From contig CM060734.1 in assembly GCA_030704615.1 (NCBI GenBank), forward strand, positions 32,798,001 to 32,862,000: DNA of 64,000 bases, read 5' to 3'. A program made the position numbers and the translations under genes. Shown one piece after another: positions 52,751-64,000 of this stretch; position 1 is the stretch's first letter, and the number at the start of each line of letters is the position of its first letter. The stretch is from Takakia lepidozioides. Taxonomy: Eukaryota > Plantae > Bryophyta. Below the pieces are notes generated by a model. The model worked only from the letters and a program-made list of their open reading frames with translations. It had not been told where the DNA came from and ran no database searches.

Positions 52751-52995
52751 ATGCATGTAGATTGTGGACCTGGATGGGTATGGAGGCTGTAAATACAACT
52801 TGCTTCCCCCCCTTGATATATTACTACTGTAAACTTATTCAGTGGTGTCTTCACAGTCTTTGGAGGGACAACTTTTTGTCGAGGATCCTGGAAATCAGCA
52901 TTTGCAGTGGTGCAGACATAATGTCTCGAGCTTTTCTTGCTACTTCTGTATAGTTAGATGGATGGGGAACACTGTTTTGTACCTGAGTCTTGTAA
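52751..52995 (+). repeat. Imperfect direct repeat, left copy (partner 54941-55261)
   Basis: Shared blocks ATGCATG..GACCTGGAT..TATGGAGGC, CAACTTTTTGT.GAGGATCCTGGAAA.CAGCATT, TAATGTCTC, TTCTTGCTACT and TTTTGTACCT..GT.TTGTAA. Confidence 0.85.
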
Positions 52996-53360
52996 GTAGC
53001 TTGGTGCTGGCATGAACTCCATGTTTCCGGACGAGTGTTGTAAGCACAATCAACAGCAACCCTGCGCAACCCTCCAGCGACGCTAAACAGCCTGGTCGAC
53101 GTTAAGCACAATCACCTGCAACCCCTAAGCAACCCACCAGTACATCCTGCTCTGCGAAGGTGATAAAGGATCATTGTATACACGATGCAAAGCACACCAT
53201 AGAACTGTTTTTGTTTCCCGAGGGCCGGCATCGCGAGGTGCGCTGATCATCGTGCACATACTCAATTCCTTGCCTAGGGTTGCCGAAGATTCATTGCTTT
53301 TGGCTGCGGGTGTCTTTCTAGAGCTGTCCGTTTGCATCAGCCATAATGCTATCCAACACC

Positions 53361-54900
53361 ATGTCCAAAGTTATCTTCTATGGGAAGTACAAGTTCCCAT
53401 TGCACGCTGGAAGAGTAAACGTTTCAGAGGTACTGGGCCACTTCCAAGCTTCGCATGTGCGCTGGATTGACTACGACGACGACGGTATTCCAACAACTCT
53501 GAGTACCCAAAGGGAGGGTGATATGACTTCGAGCGAGGACACGTTTCGACCTTATGCAACGGTGGAGATAGAGATCGATGCACTGGCTGCACCTGCAGCA
53601 GCTACCTTTCCCATGTCCAAAGTTATCTTCCATGAGACTTCTTCTGGCAGGAAGTACAAGTTCCCATTGCACGCTGGAAGAGTAAACGTTTCAGAGGTAC
53701 TGGGCCACTTCCAAGCTTCGCATGTGCGCTGGATTGACTACTACGACGACGACGGTTTATGACTTTGAGCGAGGACACGTTTCCACCTTGTGAAACGGTG
53801 GAGATAGAGATCGATGCACTGGCTGCACCTGCAGCAGGTACCTTTCCCGCCCATCTGTGCTTAATCTTTCAATTCCTGCTTCTGTAGTAGAGACCTCTCA
53901 AAGGTCTGTCGGTATGTGACTGATTTCTTTTAAGCTGTTAGGCTCCTTGTGTGTTGATAGAGTGTGCTGTTTGCCACCTGAATATATTTAGATTAGTGCT
54001 TTCACCATTTGCAGGTGCTTAGGGTTGTTCTTTCCCGCACAATTAAATCTTCCACCACCACTGTGCTTATTGCTGATTTGAGGATGTTGTTTGCAGATGA
54101 GATCAAGCAGTCACTTCATCAAACACTGCAACTTCTAAATCAACAGGTGGTCAAGCCAGGGATTGAGTCAATGAGTACTATTCCCACGAAGAAGCAGAAA
54201 TATTTTGAATTTTGGCCCAGAAGCCTTGGCGCTTCACCTGGGGATCTTCGACCCCAGCGCCATGCGCTCGATTATACTCGTCCCTAAACGGAAAAGCTCA
54301 GGGGTAGGCGTTTCTCTGGTTGATGGTTCTCATCTACGGAACCTGCTGAGGATGTCCTCCCTTCTGAAGAATGTAGGTTTGATATGGGTAAGTACGCCAG
54401 GGAAGAAGTTTGTTATGGCGATTTTGTTAAGCATACGATGTGAAAATCTGGGATGGACAGGGTTCATATTCTTGGGGACAGGGTTGCTGTCGCTCACTGG
54501 ATGTGCATGCTCAGCCCTCATCACTGACATTCGAAGTTGAACTGGATGTTGTTACAAAGAAGATATCAGGCAGCTTGGATGCAGTCTTTGTCCCTCCCAA
54601 AGCTGGAGAAACCTGTATAGTGGCTAGAATTGGATTATGCCCAGGCTAGGGGGAAGATCGCCACATTCCTAAAGAGTCAGTATGTGCGGAGTTGCTTGTA
54701 AGTATGAGGTTGTAAGTATGAGGTTGAGAAACCTGTCAAAAGTCGGGAACCACTGTATATAAGTGAGTCAAAGTATATTGTAAGGAAGAATCTGAAGATT
54801 GGAAAGAATGCCAATGAGCAATTTTTGGACAAGGTGGATGCCATTTGCACTGCTGGTGGGAGTAAGTTGGAGGTAGGAATCTATAACCTCAGTTTTTTCT
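53361..54900 (+). pseudogene. Decayed Crinkler-like (header domain plus restriction-endonuclease-like domain) gene with a tandemly duplicated first exon
   Basis: Two ~250-bp copies of MSKVIF..KYKFPLHAGRVNVSEVLGHFQASHVRWIDY, an intron (53838-54096), then frameshifted fragments REEVCYGDFVKH, LDVHAQ...ISGSLDAVFV and Q-VCAELLVS. Confidence 0.55.
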
Positions 54901-54940
54901 CCTGTGTGCATAACCTGACACATCTTGCCGCCTGCAACTC

Positions 54941-55261
54941 ATGCATGCGGACTGTAGACCTGGATAGATATGGAGGCAACTTTTTGTAGAGGATCCTGGA
55001 AACCAGCATTGCAGTGGCGCCAAGGTAATGTCTCTAGATTGTTTCATTGGCTGACCGCCACGCAGAAAACCAACTAATTAGTCCTTTGTCTAAACATCCT
55101 GAGTACTGTCAGATCACTGGCACAATATCTGTTTTGATTTGTCTTAGTATTTGATCTACCGGAATGTCCTAGCAAATGTCTCCATATGTCGCGACCAATA
55201 CATAAGCTTCTTGCTACTCAGTTGGATGGGGGGACACTTTTTTGTACCTCAAGTTTTGTAA
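54941..55261 (+). repeat. Imperfect direct repeat, right copy (with a ~165-bp internal insertion)
   Basis: Colinear with 52751-52995. Confidence 0.85.
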
Positions 55262-55738
55262 TTCAACCATGCCAGCCACTCAATCAAAAACCCTCACTCC
55301 ACACACGAGTACCAAAACTCAAGGGGGACTATCACACTTGACTGTCAGGATGATAGCCAGAGGAAAACATACAACAGCATGTTTTAAGTGATTGTTCAAG
55401 TTGGTGAAGGAAAAAATCTGACTACTTGTCCCACACTACTGCCTGCTCTGTTGCCATCAACTCCAAATCCCAACTGCTACAATATAATGTCTAACTAGAA
55501 CTACAATTGAAAACCCCAGACTGTGCTCTGCCTGGTCTGGCCAAGAAGAGTTGGGGTGTGTGCTACATCAAGACGTTTCAATATGTTTGAGGTGCTACCA
55601 AATCGGTTGTATAGTCACCAAAATGAACCAGAAGACCCAATATGACTACAGAACTGTCATAAACCTCAATCCCCAAATGGCAAGAAAAAACAATGTGAAA
55701 GAGAGCCAGAGCCTGATGGCCATGACCAATGGACTGAG

Positions 55739-57809
<2,071 letters not shown>

Positions 57810-58139
57810 TTATGAAATGCTGCCTCTCTGATATTTCAGCACATAAAGGGCAGATCTCGACTTCTCTTCTCTTCACCAGATCCTTCAACAAATCAGATGC
57901 AATCTCCCTTATCGATCCAAAAAACACACACTTCTGTTGTGTCACCAGTGCAAGATTCAAAACATCCAAACACCAAAATCTTCCTCTTCGCAACTCCGCA
58001 ATTCCATCAAAACACAAAAAATCCAACGCTCCACTAGAACCGAGCCATCATCAAATCCCCTTCAAAAGCCCAAACCAGGACCACTGTACTCTCCCCGGGA
58101 AACTACGGAACTACAAAACCCCTCTTCCAAGAACACGAC

Positions 58140-58400
58140 CCACCAAAACGCGTCGTGCATTCGTCGGTGACGCACGTCCGTTGCTCTCACGTCGTGTCAT
58201 TTCGTGATAAAACAACGTCCAACTTTCACGTCCACGTTCGTCCAGATTCTCGTTCGTGTATCTGTTACGGGAACACGCTCTCATATGCGCGTTCCCAGTA
58301 CTTTTCTCGCGTATGGATGGATGTGTGCATGGATGTCAAAACGTTTTGTCCGCCGCCTTTTTACAAAACCTGACGGTGGGTCCGAGAATAAGTTAATATC
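58140..58400. promoter_or_regulatory. Compact divergent promoter between RABH1 and SDRA with an ACGT-core cluster
   Basis: Start codons are about 715 bp apart, head-to-head. At least five (C)ACGT(C) cores lie in 58170-58240. Confidence 0.55.
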
Positions 58401-58517
58401 CAGCGGGTAATAACAGATTCCAAAAGTAAATTCTCTCTCTCTCAAGCTCGCAGGGATCATCTCCACCTCCACAGACCAGAGTTCTGGGATTAGCTCGCGC
58501 GATCGGGGCAAGGAATC

Positions 58518-61500
58518 ATGGCCACTCTCCGGAGACTGGAAGGGAAAGTGGCGGTGGTGACTGCATCGACGCAGGGAATTGGGTATGGCATAGCCGAGCG
58601 TCTTGGCAAGGAAGGTGCCTCTGTTGTCATCTCCTCCCGGAAGCAGGTCTCTTTTAGGCTCAACCCACTTGCTTGCACGCTGACCCTAAGTGAATTCTAA
58701 TTTTACTTGAATCATCTGTGTCTAATGGTGTTTGATTCCAAACAATTCTAGTATTTGATGGATTGTTCTTCAGGAAAATTCCACCATCCGAGAACCAGGT
58801 CTTCTCTCCCCCTCCAATCCACCCAGACATCTACCTGCTTTCAATTTTCGGCATACTCGTAGGATTTATACGAGTTGAGGATGTTGTTTCTTGTAGCCAA
58901 CCGTCACGGGAAATCGTCCATGGATACATCTCAAAGCTCGATTGGTTTGGCGAGTTGATTCACTAATCTTGTCACTCCTCTTACCGGGATGACCCTCAAA
59001 CCGAGACTTTGTAATTTGACAAAATGGGATGTCGATTCTCATCTCCACTGCGGAGCTCAAAGATCGGACAAAGTACCTTAAATACTGTTGTCAAGTCCCA
59101 ACCAATCAAAAATATTTCAAATGGTACCGAATCTTGAAAAGAGCCTTGTCCTCGATCTGAGAGTCGGCACACGTGTTTTGTAGCTCCTGATGATTGATTT
59201 TAAAAAACTGAAGGATTTAACGAAGAAGACCCTACACCTACATTTTCCTTATTGAATAGCAGCAAACGCCGTCCCCTGGAACTGGGAATAGATTTCCATA
59301 GTGCTTCGGATGTTAAGATTTTGCAGCAATTGCCACAGTGATACTTGGCGGTATGCTTTGTGCAGAAAAATGTGGACGAGGCAGTCACGAAGCTGAAAGC
59401 CATGGGCATCGAAGCATATGGGCTGGCTTGCCATGTGTCCTTTGCTGATCAAAGAGCTAACCTTATGAAGAGCACTGTTGACGTAAGATAATCTCACACT
59501 TCCTCAGAGGCACATCATGCTAGAAAATACCATACAGATTGCACATTGCCTGCAGTAGTCACTTTGAAATCTGCTTGATTCTTGTGAGTTCAGTAAAAGT
59601 TAGAAGAAGAAGAAGAAGAAGAAGAAGAAGACTGGTGTCCGAGTGGTGCCAGGAAGAGTTATAATGCGTCCTCACATTGGCTGGTGCATCCTGTAGGAGG
59701 GCAATATTGAATGCTTATTTGCCAAGAGCTGGTGCATTGTTGTTGGTGGATGTTCTCCTGAATTGTCTTTCTCTCTCCCCCTTTGGGTGTGAAGCTTTGC
59801 TTAACAAGGGGACTATGCTTGCAGAAATATGGACGTATAGACATTCTGGTTTCAAATGCTGCGGCCAACCCCTCTGTGGATCTTATCGTTGATATCTCAG
59901 AGGCAGCACTTGATAAGCTTTGGGAAGTCAATGTGAAGGCCTCGGTCCAGATTGTTCAGGTACATTCAGATTTGTGAGGCATGCCTGCAGTCCAGGAAGC
60001 CGGTTTTTACAGCCCCTTCAGATGGACTCTTTGTGTCCACCATAGCTGAATGATCTGGGCATATTTCTCAGAAATCCAGGAAACAATAGCATTAAGCGAC
60101 AATTCCTATACAGAATCATACTATTGGATGTGTTTGCAGGCAGCGGCACCCTACTTTTCAGATAATGCATCCATTATTTTCATCTCATCTACTGCAGCGT
60201 ACACCCCCCAAAATGGCATGGCCATGTATGGTGTCACCAAGACTGCCCTCCTCGGGCTTACCAAGGTGTGAAACTACATTCCACTCCTTTTCTTCAGTAT
60301 AAGCTCAACAGCAAAGTAACATACCTAAAGTGTGTTCAACACTATAGAGCTACTTCAGTCATAAATTCTGTTGGTAGCTAACTTTCGTTCACACATTTCA
60401 TATTGGCCCACTGGAAGATTCTGCTATTATTGGATACAGTGTCTCCATCGTGTGTACTGCACTACACACTTTCATATCTTTCACTGATTAAGGTCAGCTC
60501 TCGGCTTGAAGTAGTCATACGCCTTCATTGGAAAGTCATTGGCTGTTATTGCCTGTCATTTTCCCTCACTCACTAGCTAACCTCTTCAATGAGGTGGTGC
60601 AACGGGGCTTTCCCACAGAGTGGACAAAGAGCATCATCCACCCACTCTTCAAGAGCGGTGACAGGCTCGCACCGACCAACTATCGTACTATCATGGTGTC
60701 CTCGGTACTTGCTAAACTGTTTGGGGCAGTAGTGGCCATGGAACTGGATGATTTGGCTGAGTCCTCTCGCATTCGTGCTGAGGGACAGGCTGGTTTCCGT
60801 CGCAACAGATCCACTATTGACCACATCTTCACTCTTCAGGTTATGGTGGAAAGTGCACGCTATGACAAAAGAATGGTCTATGTTTGCTTCGTGGACTTTC
60901 ACAAAGCCTTTGATTCAGTTCCTCGGGACCTTCTCTTCCAACGGCTCCATAGAGTGGAAGTCCCTCCAGACATTCTTTGTGCCATCTCTTCTATGTATGA
61001 GATTGTCACTGGCATGGTCCACGTCGCTGGTGAATTCTCAGCCGATGTCCACAGCAACATTGGGGTCAAACAGGGCTGCCCCCTTTCACCTACCCTGTTC
61101 GGGATCTACATTGACGCTTTGGAGAATTACATATCAAAAAACCATGGGGTTGGGGTACCATTGGATGGGGGACCAACGCAATCAGATCTCCTCTACGCTG
61201 ATGATGTTGCCCTTTTGGCACTATCCCCAGTCTTCCTGCAACGCCATCTCAAAATTTTGGAACAGTTCTGCAAAGACTATGGGATGCAAGTCAATCTTAG
61301 CAAGACCAAGATCATGGTCTTCAATGGCCAGGCTGATTGTAGATTCATCTTCAACCAGCAAGAAATTGAGATTGTGAAATCATACCGATACCTGGGTCTG
61401 GTTATCCACTCCCCCAAGTTTCACTTTGCAGCCACTGCCTTGGACAGATTAACTAAAGGTAAGGCGGCCTCCGTCCGCCTTCAGGCCAAATGCAAGCAAA

Positions 61501-63489
61501 TACATCTGCGTCATCCCCCAACCAAAAAGTGGCTGTTTGACACTGTCGTCAGCCCTGCTACTATCTATGGTTGTGAGTTCTGGGCACCTGGTGTCCCTGT
61601 CTCCTGGTGGGAAAAGAATTTGGAGCCATTACAGTCATCTTTTCTCCAAGCAATGCTTGGCGCCAGGAGCACAACTCCATCTCAGATCCTAGGGGCAGAG
61701 TTCGCATGTGTACCATTGCAATCCGAGGCCCTCTTCCGGCTTACAATCTTTCTCCATCGATTACAGGCCCTTCCACCCAAGGGGCTCGTGGCAAGGGCCC
61801 TCACAACATCTATGAGGCTCAAAGCTGCAGGTTTCAGGAACTCCTGGTATGCTCGAGTGGACAGTTTATTTCAACATAACAGACTTTCTACTGCTTTCCT
61901 ATTACCAATGAATCCAGATGAGGTGGACATCACGTCCAGACATGACCGCAACAGACTCATTAGGAGAGAGCTTATGGAATTACATGTCCAGAGAACTTGG
62001 AAGCTACCCAATCTCACAACAAAGCTCCACTTCTATCGAGAGACATTCTTGGTGCTCCGCGACAATAGAATTTTGAGACCAAATTACCTTTCAGCATCCT
62101 TATCCCCTTCCCTCCTGAGGGCATTGGGGCGGTTCAGGGTGGGTTCCCACAACCTACGGATAGAGACTGGCAGATGGGAAAACCTGCAACGGGAGGACCG
62201 CCTATGTCCAGCTTGCATAGGGCGCAGCCAGGAAATCGAAACTGAAGAACACTTCTTCTTCTACTGCCCTCTATACTACGAGATCCGTGGGAGATTCCAT
62301 TGTTTATTCAGTGGAACCCAAACTCTCACTGATGTCTTCCACTATGAGGATCAAAAATGCTTGGCAGCCTACCTGCACGAGGCCTTCACCCTTCGACATT
62401 CGTTAGAACATTAATTGTGGTTTCTGGACTTGTTCCTCTCTCATGTTTCCATTTTGTCCCATAAGCTCTATGAGCTTTCCGCGGACGTTATAAAGTACCA
62501 TTTCATTTCATTTCATTTCACTTGTCGACGCATGCTCTGTTCCAACATTTCAGAACCGCACAAGAGCATGACCTTCTCTGGTAGTTCATTTGAGCTTGGA
62601 CTGCAATAATGGTCGATTCCTTTGCATTCACTCACTCAGTTCTTACAAAATCCCTTGGGACTGTAAGGATCGATTACGAGTGAGAGTTGTTGTTCCTCCA
62701 TGGTCAGGATAGGATGAAGCTCAAAACTGAAACAAGTTTGAAATCTCAGAATCTTTTCACATTGTGTTTTCCAAATTACTTGGGGCTGCTTGAAAGCTGT
62801 GCTTAATGGTCCAAAGCTGAAGAATGGATGCAATAAAGATCATATCAGTGGCTCGGGCAAGCCATCGTCAGAGGGAAGACTTCGGCTGAGGCTTAACAAG
62901 AGTGCTTCCCCTTGCAGGTACTGGCCCCTGGCTGGGGGGGGGGGGGCTCTCTACTCCATCTTCGTCGTTTACTGGACTACCAGAAACACCCAAAACTAAT
63001 CGAACAGGGTGTGGTGGTGGGCAGGCACTGGCAAGAGAGCTAGCACCTAAGGTGCGGGTTAATGGTGTGGCACCAGGCTTTGTGCCCACTCACTTCGCAG
63101 ACTACCTCGTTAAAAATGATGCTGTGGTACTCTCCAGATTTCTTCATCTTTTTCCTCTGTGTGAGCGGTTCTCCAGTTTTGTTCTCTGTGGTTCTTGTGT
63201 CTGTTGGGCCTCCTGCATATGCAGTAAATTTCTTTCTACAGGCACACCAAAGGTAGATCCAACTAGTTGGGGAGGCTTTCTGTAAATGATTTCTCTGTTC
63301 ACTCTTGGTTTCGTGTTTGTCTTGGTGGCTTAATCACAGCGCGAGGAGATTTTATCACAAACATTGCTGCATAGGTTGGGGACAACTGGTGACATGGCAG
63401 CTGCAGTGGCGTTTCTTGCCTCGGATGATGCTGCTTATATCACAGGGGAAACCTTGGTAGTAGCAGGTGGTCTACCATCCAGGCTTTGA
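58518..63489 (+). CDS. SDRA: Peroxisomal short-chain dehydrogenase/reductase SDRA (IBR1/DHRS4-like); exons 58518-58646, 59366-59483, 59825-59959, 60140-60265, 63025-63126, 63340-63489
   Basis: [21 protein letters not shown], catalytic [17 protein letters not shown] and a C-terminal PTS1 SRL*. Confidence 0.95.
59602..59630. repeat. (GAA)n microsatellite in SDRA intron 2
   Basis: About 9 perfect AGA/GAA units. Confidence 0.9.
60486..62520 (+). mobile_element. 5'-truncated non-LTR retrotransposon (RTE/RTEX-like LINE) in SDRA intron 4; uninterrupted 628-aa RT ORF 60528-62414
   Basis: [31 protein letters not shown] and YRYLG motifs, a C-terminal CxxC..H....C knuckle, a short 3' UTR with a (TTTCA)4 tail, and a candidate TSD TTTCACT (60479-60485 / 62516-62522). 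Confidence 0.93.
62870..62952 (-). mobile_element. Short retroposed insertion, family B, copy 2
   Basis: AGAGGGAAGACTTCGGCTGAGGC...CTTCCCCTTGCAGGTACTGGCCCCTGGCTGGGGG aligns with 14378-14462. Confidence 0.6.
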
Positions 63490-63672
63490 GTTTGTGGAAG
63501 TCAAGGTTCAAACTTGTCCTTTTTCCAGGTAAAGATGCCAAGGTATCTAGCACCATGGAAATAATGGCAAATGAGGGCTGTAGACACCATTATTAGTCTT
63601 GGACAGCTGCAGAAGCTGGGATTGAATGTTTATCACAATAAGCACCAAAGTGGTGGGTGACATTGTAATGAC

Positions 63673-64000
63673 CAGTGTTGGTCTGGTATCCATGTTTAAG
63701 GCGGGTATAAACCAGGTTCTAAGCATGGGTATCAAAGCCCTGACCCTACTGGTACGAACATGTGGCAATACCAGGCTTGGATTCGGGTGCCCCCAGTATG
63801 CCCTAAGCCTGGAAGTGCCCAGCTCCTAGCAGAGAGGTAATGTGCGGCACCTACCTCTATTGCTACCAGGACGCATGTGGGCATGAATCCATGGTTAGGG
63901 TAGATTTCTTGTAGTGCAAATATGGGAGAAGCGATGTAGAGGATTGATGCAGGTAAGGCAATGAGGAGTTTGTTCAATTGCTTGCATTCAGCTCTGCACA
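63673..64000. mobile_element. Terminus of a second hAT-family element running off the window
   Basis: CAGTGTTGGTCTGGTAT (17 bp identical to the TIR at 41169-41185), followed by the same GGGTAT..ACC.GGTT subterminal pattern. Confidence 0.75.

Overview
Nuclear DNA from a land plant, most likely a seed-free, bryophyte-like lineage (inferred from gene sequences, intron sizes and repeat types; the species cannot be determined). Conserved genes alternate with transposon debris. Recognisable genes are SDH6 (-), dCMP deaminase (+), intronless mitochondrial ATP synthase gamma (+), a GT92/galactan-synthase-like gene (-), an intronless pfkB kinase (-), a plastid PNPOx-like/GluTR-binding-like split-barrel protein (+), RabH1/Rab6 (-) and peroxisomal SDRA (+). 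There are also two genes of unknown function. Pseudogenes include an ABCB fragment and a processed PRP43/DHX15 copy. Mobile elements include a MULE/SWIM transposase relic, an hAT element, a Sola-like transposase fragment, a young RTE/RTEX-like LINE inside an SDRA intron, at least two short retroposon families with target-site duplications, and a TTAA-flanked piggyBac-like insertion. The most unusual locus is 52.75-55.26 kb: a decayed Crinkler-like gene (tandemly duplicated header domain plus a restriction-endonuclease-like C-terminus) bracketed by imperfect direct repeats. Also notable are twin long hairpins at 16.3-16.5 kb and recurrent G-rich 3' splice sites that lack a polypyrimidine tract. 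All homology calls are from motif recognition by eye, not database searches.
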